In this document: piece by piece, positions 47,425 to 58,464 of the stretch | How the letters are laid out: the number at the start of each line of letters is the position of its first letter | How positions within the stretch are numbered: position 1 is the first letter of the stretch | Source: a virus | Length of the DNA stretch: 64,000 bases | Virus record (IMG/VR): IMGVR_UViG_3300043427_002233 | Location: 6,203 to 70,202 of that record | Direction: 5' to 3' (one strand) | Program-made: the position numbers and the translations under genes | Notes under the pieces: model-generated | Database searches by the model: none | What the model saw: only the letters and a program-made list of their open reading frames with translations | Told to the model about the DNA's origin: nothing

Positions 47425-49857
47425 CTAGAAGTTAATCTTATAGATTGCGCGAATATAAATAGATGATGTAACAATATCATCAGAGTTCGCAAAAGAACCA
47501 TCCAGATGCCACCTTTTGGTATCAGAAAAAATTAAACCTTCAATAGCGTTCACTATGTTATAGTTTGGTCTAAACTTAGAACTATAGAATTCTAATCTAT
47601 TAGTTGTGTCATTCCAACCTTGTGATGATAAATAAAAATACGAGGCAGAAGTACCTGATAAAGATAGAGTTGTAAAATTACTTTCGTAGAATACATTGTT
47701 GTTTTCAAAACTCCAAACAACATAAAACCTCACATTGTTGCCGATTGTGACTCCTGAATTAAAGTTAATTGTCACACTATTTTCTTGAACTTCTTGATTG
47801 CCAGACCATAACAAAGTCTTTAGACCACCTAATGTACCACTAAAAGTTGGTGAAGCAAGGTTAGCTTTAAGATCTAAAGCAGCTTGTAGATTTGTTACAT
47901 CTGAAACGGCATGTGTATGAGATGATGCAGCTTTACCATCCAAAGTAGTTTGTAAGTTTGTAACATTTGCAATTGTATGAGTATGAACTGATGCAGCTTT
48001 GCCATCGATAGCTTCTTGTAAACCAGGAATATCTGCTATTGTTTTACCTTCACCTAATCTTACTTGAAGAATTTGTTGTGCACCACCAACGTAAGCAGCA
48101 ACTAAAATTCTTGCATTGGTTAAACCTGTTGGTTCAACGTTTGTTAAACGTCCAGGTGTCGTACCTGCAGCATCAAACCAAAGTTTATTACCTTCGGCAA
48201 AATTATTTATATAATTTAAAGATGATTGTGCTTGAGTTATTTGTCCAAAGTCATAAACATCTACGAATGAATTAGCATTAGCAGCAGCATCTGCAACCCC
48301 CATGATCAAATCAGGGTCAGCGTTACAACTATAGACTGTGTATGTTGTACCACCAAGTGTAACAGTTCTTTGAGTTTGACTAGCATTTGCTATAAGTTTA
48401 AATCCACCCTGAACGTTAACAAATTGAACTAAATTACCTTTTAAAATAGGTTCAATAGCTTTTGCTCTATAAAGTAATTCTGCAGTAAGTGGAAGAGTAA
48501 AAATTGTATTAAGAGTGAATGGATCTAGAGTGACAACTTGTTGAATAGAACCGGTATTTTCAACAATAAAAACATCTCCAACAATTAAAGTTGTTGAAGT
48601 TTCGCCCACAACCCAAGGGTTTGCAGCTGGTAATCCTTCGGTATCTGAAACTCTATAAATTCTATTTCCTCTAACACCGGTATCACCTCTAGGAATACTA
48701 AATGCTAAATTATAAGTATCTTCAACCGGTTCTGTTACTGTAACGGTAACAGACGATCCTGCATTTCCAGTTGTAGCGCTTGCTGTTAATGTTGGAGCAG
48801 GGCCGGTAACACCTTGTATTTGTCCAATATTCACCCATGCTAATGTCGTTAAATCCCAAAGGTAAACGGTATAAGGGGCAGCTGCACCTACAAACCAAGC
48901 TTCGCCAGTTGTTCCAGTTGCGGGTAAAGCTCCTGTGTTAGCTTTAATCCCTTTAGGAACGAAAGAACCTGTATCACCTTTATCACCTTTTGCACCTTTA
49001 ATATTAATAGGATTAATATTAGTTGGTTCAGTGTTAGACCAAGTTAAAAGAATTTCACCATTTGTTTGGGTTTCAATGATTGGATACCAACCATCACTTC
49101 TAATTTGTAAAGTTCTCCAGACCTTATTATCTCTTTCTTCATTTGTGTCAGTACTTAAATATGTTTTAAATTCAAGATATTTAGTCGAAGCATTTGGAAC
49201 TAAATACGGAGTATCTGTGAGATTAGTTCTATATCTAAATTCAATTAAACTTGTAGGACCTGATGGGCCTGTCGGACCAGCTAAACCCACAAGATTTGTA
49301 AGAAGTTGCCAAGCACCGTTTGATTTCAAATAAAGATTAAAGCTAGCTGTTTGAATAAAAATATCGCCATCAACACCTTGATTACTTGTTGGATTAGATG
49401 AACCAGTTAAAATAGTCTTACCATTAAGACCGTTAGTACCGTTTGTTCCGGCCGCTCCAGGGCTTCCAGCTTGACCAGCTGCACCTCTAATAATAACGCC
49501 TGTGTTAACGCCATTTAAAGTAATTAAACCATTAGCATCGATACTCATATTTGCTGGACTAAATAAAGTTTCGATTAAAACTTGAGAGTTATTAGCGATT
49601 AAAGTTTCATATTTTGTTTTAAGATCAACAAATACAGCTAATAAAGATTCAAAGTTTTCAGCAGTTAATAAAACATTATTGATCTGATTAACAATTGCTG
49701 TAAGTTGATTTTGAAAGACCAAGATCTTAGCGTCAACGTTATTGTTCCAATACTGAGCGTTAGATAAAAACGTTTCTAAATTATTTACAAACGTTACAAT
49801 TTCATTAAGTTTAGAACTTGTAATTTCTTGACCGAATTTAAATTTTTGAATTGGCAT
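47425..49857 (-). CDS. Collagen-like tail fibre protein
   Basis: Gly-X-Y runs, GVDGDIFI, HTHTIANVTNLQ repeats. Confidence 0.85.
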   Translation of the reverse strand: MPIQKFKFGQEITSSKLNEIVTFVNNLETFLSNAQYWNNNVDAKILVFQNQLTAIVNQINNVLLTAENFESLLAVFVDLKTKYETLIANNSQVLIETLFSPANMSIDANGLITLNGVNTGVIIRGAAGQAGSPGAAGTNGTNGLNGKTILTGSSNPTSNQGVDGDIFIQTASFNLYLKSNGAWQLLTNLVGLAGPTGPSGPTSLIEFRYRTNLTDTPYLVPNASTKYLEFKTYLSTDTNEERDNKVWRTLQIRSDGWYPIIETQTNGEILLTWSNTEPTNINPINIKGAKGDKGDTGSFVPKGIKANTGALPATGTTGEAWFVGAAAPYTVYLWDLTTLAWVNIGQIQGVTGPAPTLTASATTGNAGSSVTVTVTEPVEDTYNLAFSIPRGDTGVRGNRIYRVSDTEGLPAANPWVVGETSTTLIVGDVFIVENTGSIQQVVTLDPFTLNTIFTLPLTAELLYRAKAIEPILKGNLVQFVNVQGGFKLIANASQTQRTVTLGGTTYTVYSCNADPDLIMGVADAAANANSFVDVYDFGQITQAQSSLNYINNFAEGNKLWFDAAGTTPGRLTNVEPTGLTNARILVAAYVGGAQQILQVRLGEGKTIADIPGLQEAIDGKAASVHTHTIANVTNLQTTLDGKAASSHTHAVSDVTNLQAALDLKANLASPTFSGTLGGLKTLLWSGNQEVQENSVTINFNSGVTIGNNVRFYVVWSFENNNVFYESNFTTLSLSGTSASYFYLSSQGWNDTTNRLEFYSSKFRPNYNIVNAIEGLIFSDTKRWHLDGSFANSDDIVTSSIYIRAIYKINF

Positions 49858-49870
49858 TTTTATCTCCTCG

Positions 49871-52780
49871 TCATTCTATATCATACCATATATCGCCATT
49901 AGTTGCTTCAACCGGTTCATCTTGACTGATAAATAATCTAGTGCCACCCAATTGTGAATTTGTTTCAACTTTATTATATTGTCTAACACTTTCTAAAAGA
50001 GTAGAATCTTTAGTTAAAATTCTAAAGTCGTCACCCTTACGGACGATATCTTTGTAAAGCCCATATGGATTTTGATCAGGTATATCAACTGTAGTGTAGT
50101 TAAATGTGACGCTAGAGAATGAAAACTCACTTTCAGATTTGCTTGATACAAGTAATTCTATAAGTAAGAATGGAAACTTGTAAGTAGAGTTAACAACCTT
50201 ACTATCAATAATTGGGCTATCAAGCTTCAACGTATTGTTATTATAAAGATCTCCAACTCTTAAAGTCTTTTTATCTTGGATAAGTGGTTTGTTTTTCCAC
50301 TCTAAAATTTTATGACCTGCTTCATTAAACCCTTCAACTTCAATATCAATTTCTGAATATTGATTTCGATTATAAAAGAAAGTAGTATTATCTAGCAATT
50401 TATACATCTTTGGTTTTTCAAGATCATATGCCTTTAGTCTAATATGGCATGGATAAATGGTATCAAAGTCTTTATAGTTAACATCATTCATTGTGACAAG
50501 AGTATTGTTATATAAATAAATAGGATTGTTCTTTACATATATCAGATGATCAGTATTAAAAAGATCTGATTCATCTCTGAGCCATGGGAAGTAAACCTTA
50601 TTATCAGCTCTATAACCAAGTTTAAAATACATCTTTAAACGAACAGCTGGATAGACATTAGTAATAGAACCATCTGATTCTACAATATTTTTTTCATGCC
50701 ACATAATAGCATAATAGTCTTCAGTTATTTCACTAGTGCAGTTGTTATCATTCCATGGTATCGTTACGTTTTTGTTTTCAAACTTAACCTTATCATTTGC
50801 AGAGTAAAGATTTACTTTATCTTGATCTAATTCACCAGCTTGAATATAATAAATTGTATTAAAGTGTTTAAATAACAACATATTCTCAGCAACTTGAACA
50901 GTGGCTGGGTTATCGCAAGATACATTTGGAGATATTGTGACACGTCTATATGGAGAATAATACTGATCTGTCTCTACATCGTCTCCATTTCCTTTGACCA
51001 AGTGAATAGATCCACCAACAGAAGAACTATTGGCAAATGCAATGATGAATCCAGAGAATGCAATGACTTTTACCAACGCTTCATTCTTATTTGTTTTAAA
51101 TGAAAGGCCACCTCTTAGCGTTATATAAGTAGGATTATTAATTACAGTCTTAAACCATTCACCAGAATTCATAGCATCATCATAGAAACAGAACTTATTG
51201 CCATCAGCGTGAACTTTTGTACATGAATGAATTGTTTTAAACAAACCACTAGGCTTTATATTTATATCGTAAAGAACACTAGCTGCTTGTCCAAAGAAAG
51301 AACCGTCGATCTTGTTTATCTTAAAGTCAACGATTTTCTCTCCGTTGATATCAATTAACTCCTCTGATATATAAGAAACATTTGTTGTAGCGGTAGGTGA
51401 TTCGTCCACTTCAAAGCTCTTTGCAAACGATACCCTGTATTTGTAAGTCATAGCATCATCAACAGTAATAGTAGAGTAATCAAGTTTATAAACAGAATCA
51501 ACATATTCGTTGTTAATAAATGTTTTGGTACTATAGAAGTTATCTTCAAACCTTACGATAGTTCTCCATTGATTATTAACCAGCTTTTCCCATCTAAAAT
51601 AATATTCATTGATATCTTCATTAGCTGCTAATGTCATGATTGGTTTTAGAATAAAAGAAGCTTTACCATTAACAACACTATAAAGAGGAATTAAAGCACC
51701 AATAGAAGTAATGGCTTGATCAAACTCAGATTGCAAAGCTAAATCTGGGTATGGTGAAAGATAGTTATTACCTATTTGATTGAGAACAATACTATTTAAA
51801 AGCTTTGGTGATATAACGTAAGCTAATAATTTTCCATTGGTATCTGGATAGATGTTGACGATTCTTGTACCAGTAGCTAGGTAAAGAACATTATTAAATG
51901 TTCCTCCCTCTACTTTTTTCACATTCTGAAAAATAAGAGTTTCATCTATGTCATTTAACAATTCGAACCTGTTGTCAAAAGCTACGTTATAACCCCTAAC
52001 TAAATGTTCTTCAACACATTCATAATATGAATTACCATAAAGAACTAATTGACCTTTAAAGTATTTAATAAAGTTAGGTTCCCATGTAATAATATTATTA
52101 AATTGAGATTCACCTATCAAAGTCTTAAGGCTTTCTGTATTTTTAAGTAACCATTTAGCAGAAGTGTCGGGTTTAACAAATGTAATTGTTAAAAAATCAG
52201 TGTTTGGTTCACCAATAAATCTGTAATATTTATTATCATATAAAAAATAATTATCTAGTTCAATAATAAAATTTTCAATTAATCTATTAAATTCACCAAT
52301 ATATTTTAAACCGTTATCTTTTTCAATAACATAACCATTATGTAATACGGTTGTTGGTAAACTAGATGCTCTATATCTTTCAAGACCTACTGTTAAGTTT
52401 GTAGGATCGTGGATTAATGAGCGGCTATAATCAGAGAATTTTATTGGTAATTGAACTACTTCAATTTCTGTGTTTGGAGAATAAATACCATAATATAACT
52501 TCCCATCGGCCGCTATAATAAGATAAGTAACGTTGGTTGTAAACAATGAAATACCTTGAACGTTCTTTATATCTTCTTTAGCAATGATGGTACTTAATAT
52601 CTTAGCACCTTTTCTTTTTACTATGCCGCCAGAAAGATAATGAACATTTAATGCATCTCTTAATTCATTCGGATTGAGATGTTCGTTACTAGGATCGAGG
52701 TTAATACCACCAGTAAAAGACCTGTATGTAACAGGTTCGTCCGATACATATAAAGGATATTTTTTTACAATTGCCGGCAT
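49871..52780 (-). CDS. Probable tail nozzle/stabilisation protein (P22 gp10/T7 gp12-like position)
   Basis: FTGGIN...LNPNELRDALNV...GGIVKRKG N-terminus; beta-rich; follows the adaptor. Confidence 0.7.
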   Translation of the reverse strand: MPAIVKKYPLYVSDEPVTYRSFTGGINLDPSNEHLNPNELRDALNVHYLSGGIVKRKGAKILSTIIAKEDIKNVQGISLFTTNVTYLIIAADGKLYYGIYSPNTEIEVVQLPIKFSDYSRSLIHDPTNLTVGLERYRASSLPTTVLHNGYVIEKDNGLKYIGEFNRLIENFIIELDNYFLYDNKYYRFIGEPNTDFLTITFVKPDTSAKWLLKNTESLKTLIGESQFNNIITWEPNFIKYFKGQLVLYGNSYYECVEEHLVRGYNVAFDNRFELLNDIDETLIFQNVKKVEGGTFNNVLYLATGTRIVNIYPDTNGKLLAYVISPKLLNSIVLNQIGNNYLSPYPDLALQSEFDQAITSIGALIPLYSVVNGKASFILKPIMTLAANEDINEYYFRWEKLVNNQWRTIVRFEDNFYSTKTFINNEYVDSVYKLDYSTITVDDAMTYKYRVSFAKSFEVDESPTATTNVSYISEELIDINGEKIVDFKINKIDGSFFGQAASVLYDINIKPSGLFKTIHSCTKVHADGNKFCFYDDAMNSGEWFKTVINNPTYITLRGGLSFKTNKNEALVKVIAFSGFIIAFANSSSVGGSIHLVKGNGDDVETDQYYSPYRRVTISPNVSCDNPATVQVAENMLLFKHFNTIYYIQAGELDQDKVNLYSANDKVKFENKNVTIPWNDNNCTSEITEDYYAIMWHEKNIVESDGSITNVYPAVRLKMYFKLGYRADNKVYFPWLRDESDLFNTDHLIYVKNNPIYLYNNTLVTMNDVNYKDFDTIYPCHIRLKAYDLEKPKMYKLLDNTTFFYNRNQYSEIDIEVEGFNEAGHKILEWKNKPLIQDKKTLRVGDLYNNNTLKLDSPIIDSKVVNSTYKFPFLLIELLVSSKSESEFSFSSVTFNYTTVDIPDQNPYGLYKDIVRKGDDFRILTKDSTLLESVRQYNKVETNSQLGGTRLFISQDEPVEATNGDIWYDIE

Positions 52781-52782
52781 GA

Positions 52783-53484
52783 TTATTCCTCTACGTGAAC
52801 AATAGAATCTTCTTCAAAAAACTCATCTTCATAAGCTAACTCGTGTGTAATATCTTCTACATAATATTTATAGTTGTTAAGATACATCTGGATTTTTTCA
52901 GTGTCCTTAACAAATCTAGAGTAATAAAAATAGGCAGAATAAAACACTAGTGCATCTTCAAATTCTTCACGAATATCGATGTCAACGTTTTCTAGGTTCT
53001 GTTCATCTGAGAGGGATTCGGTAATTGTTGGAGCAATTAACTTGGAATAATAACCAAACTTAAAGTTTACAATAGCACCTAATTCTAGATCATATTCGAT
53101 GATAAGACGATCGTCTTTGATGTAAAAGATTGCACGATTACTACCAATCCAACTTCTAAATCTATTCATATACCAGTTCTTCTGAACATTTGGGTTACTC
53201 AAAGAATATCGCTTTGCTACAATACCATATTGTGGCAAGAAGATCTTAGTATAAAGAACTTTCCTAACTTGTGAAACAGGAATCTTAATTTCAATATAAC
53301 CAACTTCATTAACAACGACATCAGTTTGAGCAATATTATCGAACGTAATTTCTTTAAACAAACGATATCCTCTTGAGGTTAAATCAGCCATACAGTTAGA
53401 TATGGCGGTTTGTAAAGACCCAATGGTAAGAATGTCTAAACCAGTTGTTTCGATAACTCTTTCGTATAATCGTTTTAGTTTCAT
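52783..53484 (-). CDS. Probable head-tail adaptor
   Basis: DIREEFEDALVFYSAY motif; position after capsid genes. Confidence 0.65.
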   Translation of the reverse strand: MKLKRLYERVIETTGLDILTIGSLQTAISNCMADLTSRGYRLFKEITFDNIAQTDVVVNEVGYIEIKIPVSQVRKVLYTKIFLPQYGIVAKRYSLSNPNVQKNWYMNRFRSWIGSNRAIFYIKDDRLIIEYDLELGAIVNFKFGYYSKLIAPTITESLSDEQNLENVDIDIREEFEDALVFYSAYFYYSRFVKDTEKIQMYLNNYKYYVEDITHELAYEDEFFEEDSIVHVEE

Positions 53485-53855
53485 AGTTTAGTTCCTAGTG
53501 TCCTTTCGACTACGTTCATTGCAGTATTATCCTGTAGTCTCTTTTCTTCAGATTGTTCTAACCGATAGTTTGTTTTTTCTCTTCGATCTTGAACCTCTTT
53601 TATAAATTGTTTAAGGTTATTGGCTTTATAATCATTTATTAAAAAACCATTAACCATTTCTGGTTCAAGGCTAACGTTAAAGGAAATGTTATTAATCTTG
53701 TAGTTTTCTACTGAATGTACCTCATGTGTTCCTTTTAGAACATTATAAGCTACAAAGATATCTCCCTTAGACAATTTTAACATACGAGTTGAAATATTGT
53801 GAGCATTAGCAAATCGTAGTTCTGGCTGAAACCGTATGACATCTAAATAATTCAT
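53481..53855 (-). CDS. Hypothetical virion-module protein, leaderless
   Basis: MNYLD start 6 nt after TGtTATAAT (53862-53867). Confidence 0.65.
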   Translation of the reverse strand: MNYLDVIRFQPELRFANAHNISTRMLKLSKGDIFVAYNVLKGTHEVHSVENYKINNISFNVSLEPEMVNGFLINDYKANNLKQFIKEVQDRREKTNYRLEQSEEKRLQDNTAMNVVERTLGTKL

Positions 53856-53869
53856 ATACATATTATAAC

Positions 53870-53900
53870 AAAAAAAAGCCCACTAAGTTAATAGCGGGCT
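53870..53900 (-). terminator. Intrinsic terminator after the major capsid gene
   Basis: GCCCGCTA/TAGTGGGC stem plus U8. Confidence 0.85.
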
Positions 53901-53923
53901 CTTTCTTTAGTTAAAGAATAGTA

Positions 53924-55519
53924 TTAGTTACCAGCTGGGATTTCGTCTGTAAAGACTGGTGCCGCAACAGTATTAACGACTTTAACTTCTTGAACACCTT
54001 GATCCCAAGTGACGGCTTCGCCAACTCCAGGAGTCTTAGCATTTAGAATAATTGCGTGTGCTCTCCATGCATCTAAATACATGTCAGCATACTTGTTCAT
54101 GATACCTTCATAAAGTTCGGTACCAGGACGGCGTTGTAACACGCCTTCTTTTTCACCATTGGTGATCCAGGTGAAATCACGACGGACTAATTCACCAATC
54201 TTGGTGGTGTCTAACATATAGACGTTATTGTCGCGAGCATATTTATCTTTGACTAACGTGAAGTTGTCAAACTTAATATCCGCACGGCCACCTAATTGGA
54301 AACCAGTACCCGCTGAATCTAGCGAGTATTGTTTGAATTGATATAAAGCACGTTCAACCGAGGAGATAATCCGGTGGGTTGAAGCGACAAGGTTAACACC
54401 AGTTGCTTCTGGAGAAGTCAACATAATGTGGTCTGCCATATCGCGTAAAACTTCTTCGGTAAGGTATTGTGTACCACCTAAGTTAAGTTGCGTGTTCTTT
54501 AATGAAGCAAATACTTCACGATCAACACCGAAGATTGGTTCGGATTGATCAACTAAAATGTTGTGTAAACCAGTATATTCTGGTTGGACAACACCGTCAT
54601 CAACGATTTGACGGGAATAAACTTTGATACCAGCTTGTACAGCAGTAACGTTAGCGATAGAAGCAAAGAAGTCTGCCCATGCACCAACTACGCGTGTGCC
54701 GGCTGGGTTCGTAATTGCTCTACGGAGAAGTTTGTCAGCAATAAAGATAACAACTTCTTCATGGATACCAACGTTTGACTTTTGCCAGATACGTCCGATC
54801 CAACGATATTCATAAGCAGTAGCACCTTGAGCAGGAGTTGCGACCGTTTGTTCGATCATTAAACCCATACCTGGTAATACTGAATGGGAGTTACCCATTT
54901 TGAATTTTAAGACTTTGATTGCACCAGCATTGGCGTAGAACGTATTGTGTTCGGAACCACGTGCGTATGCAGGTCCAGTGCCGGATCCAGTAATCGTGGA
55001 TAAAGCAAGATAGTTAGTACCATCAACTGTAGCGGTAATAGCACCGATTAAACCAGCTTTAGAACCATAAGTGAAACGTTGTAACGTATGCTTAATGTTC
55101 ATTTGCATGCGGTCTAAGGAGTCTTTGACGACGTCTAATAAAGAGCCATCGCCAGTACCTTTTAAGATAGCTTCATCAGTAACAGCAAAGGTAGCCATTA
55201 ACTTGACGGTATCGAATTCGGCTTCAACCGTTTCAACACCTTTATTAAAGAATTGATCGAATCCTAATTCGTAACGGTCAGCAGATGCGCCCATTGCACG
55301 AACGTTATCCGTGATACCTAAAGCAAATGCTTTATATTTCTTTTTACCAGAGATAGTGTCTTTGGATAACTTATTGATTAAAGCTTCCATGACTGAGAAT
55401 TCGTTGCGAAGACCTTCTTGATATTCTAATTTTAAGAAGTCTTCAATTACGTTTTTGCTGCTAAAGCCGCCTGAGCCTAAGGCCAAGCCGGACGTTACAG
55501 CATTTGGTGTGTATGCCAT
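53924..55519 (-). CDS. Major capsid protein
   Basis: Follows the scaffold; strong SD, high-expression codon bias and own terminator; LKLEYQEGLRN, EYTGLHNI. Confidence 0.8.
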   Translation of the reverse strand: MAYTPNAVTSGLALGSGGFSSKNVIEDFLKLEYQEGLRNEFSVMEALINKLSKDTISGKKKYKAFALGITDNVRAMGASADRYELGFDQFFNKGVETVEAEFDTVKLMATFAVTDEAILKGTGDGSLLDVVKDSLDRMQMNIKHTLQRFTYGSKAGLIGAITATVDGTNYLALSTITGSGTGPAYARGSEHNTFYANAGAIKVLKFKMGNSHSVLPGMGLMIEQTVATPAQGATAYEYRWIGRIWQKSNVGIHEEVVIFIADKLLRRAITNPAGTRVVGAWADFFASIANVTAVQAGIKVYSRQIVDDGVVQPEYTGLHNILVDQSEPIFGVDREVFASLKNTQLNLGGTQYLTEEVLRDMADHIMLTSPEATGVNLVASTHRIISSVERALYQFKQYSLDSAGTGFQLGGRADIKFDNFTLVKDKYARDNNVYMLDTTKIGELVRRDFTWITNGEKEGVLQRRPGTELYEGIMNKYADMYLDAWRAHAIILNAKTPGVGEAVTWDQGVQEVKVVNTVAAPVFTDEIPAGN

Positions 55520-55550
55520 ATATGTTTCCTCCTACAGAAACAGTTTGAGA

Positions 55551-56186
55551 TTATTGAAACTTATTGCCGCCAGCTCCATTGAATCTCGTCTTAAGTGCAC
55601 TGAATGCATCTTTTGTATTTTTAACTTGTTGTCCAGTTTCAGGTACAGCGGAAGGCGTACCATCTTTAGGACTAATGATCGGCGGAGTGTTTTTTAATGT
55701 TTGCTCTTGAACTGAACTAATAGTTTTTCCATTTGTTTGTGCGATGGGTGTTTCGGTAGGAGTACCGCTCTTGCCAATCTTATGGATTGCATGTTCTTTG
55801 TTCTTTAAAGCTCTTGCGTACAATAAATCAAACGCATCAACTACAAATCCTTGAGTCGTGTTGCTCTTTTTCATATTAACCTTTAAGAAGGCTAACAGGT
55901 CTGGAAACACTGCATCAAATTCTTCTTTTTTAAAACTCTTAAGAATTTCTACAGTAGCTTCTGCAACAGTATCATCTCGCATCTTACGTTCGATATAGGC
56001 TTGTACACTTGGATCTACAGCTGGTGCACTTGGTTGTTGTGGCGCATTGCTCATTTGAGCGCGACTCGACTCCAACTGAGTGATGTAGCTATTTTGATCC
56101 TTCACTTGTTTTTCTCTCTTGTCTAGATCTTTTTTCAAAGCTTCTAGTTGCTTTTCTAATTCGTCTACGGATTTTTCTAATGGCAT
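55551..56186 (-). CDS. Scaffolding protein
   Basis: Coiled coil plus P/T-rich tail ending DAFSALK; lies between portal and capsid. Confidence 0.7.
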   Translation of the reverse strand: MPLEKSVDELEKQLEALKKDLDKREKQVKDQNSYITQLESSRAQMSNAPQQPSAPAVDPSVQAYIERKMRDDTVAEATVEILKSFKKEEFDAVFPDLLAFLKVNMKKSNTTQGFVVDAFDLLYARALKNKEHAIHKIGKSGTPTETPIAQTNGKTISSVQEQTLKNTPPIISPKDGTPSAVPETGQQVKNTKDAFSALKTRFNGAGGNKFQ

Positions 56187-56227
56187 AAATTACCTCCTAG
56201 AGCTGTTTTGCTTTAATGATCTTGGCG

Positions 56228-58156
56228 TTACCGCTGTTTCATTGCATTCTTGGCTGCTTGTAAGTTTGCCGGATTCATCTGTTGCGACTGTGATTGTTCG
56301 CTTGATAACTTCTCATGCTGTTCAATGTGCATAGCTAGCGCATCCATTAACTGTTTATACAGTTCAGGATTTTCTTCTTCAAGCTTTCTTACCGCCGGAG
56401 AGATTCGGAATAAGTTGTGCTCAACTAAGTGCTGGCCATGATTATGGAATTTCTCAACAGTTGGAACTTCCATCTTGTGCATGATCTTAGCATTTTCTTC
56501 ATCGACCAAGTCGTGAGTTGATCTTTCCAGAGGATCTAATGTATCTTGGAGATAAGTAGCTCTCATAGAATTAAGAACTTCTAACTTGGCAATGTAGGAC
56601 ATACCAGAGTTTGGGGCGAACATTCCTAGCCCCATAGCCTGTTGCATCTTCTTGTCGATTGTTTGATCGCTTTGCATCAGGAATTCCCTATTTACAATAG
56701 CGAGGTTCTCGGCATAGATACCTTTTAGACTATATTGATAAGCCTTTAAATCGGCTTTAGCAACCTTAAGTTTTTCAAACAAGACTTCTTCTCTGTCTTG
56801 TTCTAGATAGACAACTTTCTTAAAGACTTTAATTAAAGCTTCAGAAAGATTATCTAATGCGTTGACAAGTTTATTCTCATCAGATTCTGACATCTTGTCA
56901 ACAACTCCGTCAGTTCTTAAATTACCACGGCTTGCACCATAGGCTGTGATCTGAGATAATCCAGCTGCTACAAGCATATCATCTTCTAAAGTTCTGAGAT
57001 AATTAATAAATTCTGCAGAAAGTTTATCTTTTTGCACAGCAACAGGTTGTCTAGCATTTCTCTTTAAGCCAATTAGTTTACCAGGTTTAGTAGAAAAACT
57101 GTTCTTGTTGATTAAAGAACCTTCCCAATAATACATTTGTCCGATCGCAATATGGTTAACATATTCTAAGTATCTGTTCTTAACCGCGTTATACGTTTCT
57201 TGAATCGGAATAATTTGTTGATAAACGGTAACCCCGACAGTATGATGAGGTACAGTTTGTAAAGCAACAAAGTCGAAAGGAATCTTTCTTTGACCGTTCA
57301 CACCATTAGCAAATGGTAGAACATCGTCCCAAAGCACCTTTTCGTTGCAAATAATAATATACCTACCCTTAGGATATAATGCATCAGGCTTCTTATAATA
57401 TTCAAAGATATAAGCATATTCAATATCAGTTGATGCGAGATAACCTATATCAGAATACTTAGGATACGTAGGTAAATTGAATTCAGTGATGTCTTCTTTT
57501 TGTGCGTCAAAACCCCAACGTTTCTTAATATATTCCAACGGGAACGGTCTACGATGGACGAGTTCATTAACTTCATCCATAGATTCAACATGCCAGTTAT
57601 TAATAAAAACTTCATGTAAAGGTACAGCTAAAATAAATACTTTACCTTCTTTAATAGTAATATGGCCCTTTTCGCCACTACCTGTTTCAATATCTACTTG
57701 TGCAATTTCATCACCATCAGACCAATCGATACCAGTCTTAAACCATTCAAGACCATAGACATCAGCGTGTTTTACAGCTAAGTTAAATTTATCTTTAAAG
57801 TTAGATGTATTAATAAACTTGTTAATAAAGTTGTTAACTTTTCTTGAGTTCTCAATTTCTTTAGCAGAATTAGAAATAGGCTTCATGCCAGGGATTGGCA
57901 TGTTTTGAGTAAGGATTCCATAACGAGTTAAATAGATAGGAAGAATACGATTAAAGATTTTCTTTTCAGTATAGATTGAAGGATCAACTTGTTTGTCTTC
58001 GATCGTAAGAGTTTTGTTATTAATCTTCTTATTCTGACGACCTTTAATAAATTCATTATTATATTTACCTTGTGCAACAAAAGGACGAAGATGCGTCGTA
58101 CTATCATCTACGAAGTTCCTAATATAAGTTGTAATTGATCTAGGTGGTTTAGGCAC
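56228..58156 (-). CDS. Portal protein (P22-like size)
   Basis: 642 aa after terminase; FNRILP, IIPIQETYN, HNHGQHLVEH...MHIEQH. Confidence 0.8.
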   Translation of the reverse strand: MPKPPRSITTYIRNFVDDSTTHLRPFVAQGKYNNEFIKGRQNKKINNKTLTIEDKQVDPSIYTEKKIFNRILPIYLTRYGILTQNMPIPGMKPISNSAKEIENSRKVNNFINKFINTSNFKDKFNLAVKHADVYGLEWFKTGIDWSDGDEIAQVDIETGSGEKGHITIKEGKVFILAVPLHEVFINNWHVESMDEVNELVHRRPFPLEYIKKRWGFDAQKEDITEFNLPTYPKYSDIGYLASTDIEYAYIFEYYKKPDALYPKGRYIIICNEKVLWDDVLPFANGVNGQRKIPFDFVALQTVPHHTVGVTVYQQIIPIQETYNAVKNRYLEYVNHIAIGQMYYWEGSLINKNSFSTKPGKLIGLKRNARQPVAVQKDKLSAEFINYLRTLEDDMLVAAGLSQITAYGASRGNLRTDGVVDKMSESDENKLVNALDNLSEALIKVFKKVVYLEQDREEVLFEKLKVAKADLKAYQYSLKGIYAENLAIVNREFLMQSDQTIDKKMQQAMGLGMFAPNSGMSYIAKLEVLNSMRATYLQDTLDPLERSTHDLVDEENAKIMHKMEVPTVEKFHNHGQHLVEHNLFRISPAVRKLEEENPELYKQLMDALAMHIEQHEKLSSEQSQSQQMNPANLQAAKNAMKQR

Positions 58157-58167
58157 AATTTACTCCA

Positions 58168-58464
58168 TTATTCTTGTTCTGGTTGTTTTTCTTCGTTACC
58201 ATCGAAACTAAACGGATCGAATGATTCTTCAGTTTTTGGTTCTACATCTTCGGATTTTACATCTGCATTACCAGAAGATCGAATCCACGATTCTAACTCT
58301 GCCATAGTAAGACGTTCTTTTTCTTGAGATTCTTTTGCAATTAATAACAATCTTTTATTAATTTCATTAACCATTAACATTTGATTATAAATGATAATTG
58401 CTAAAACAATAATGGATGTTATTGCTAGTGCAATTAATGCGATACTAAGAATAATTATTTCCAT
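58168..58464 (-). CDS. Membrane-anchored small protein
   Basis: N-terminal hydrophobic helix and acidic tail. Confidence 0.65.
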   Translation of the reverse strand: MEIIILSIALIALAITSIIVLAIIIYNQMLMVNEINKRLLLIAKESQEKERLTMAELESWIRSSGNADVKSEDVEPKTEESFDPFSFDGNEEKQPEQE

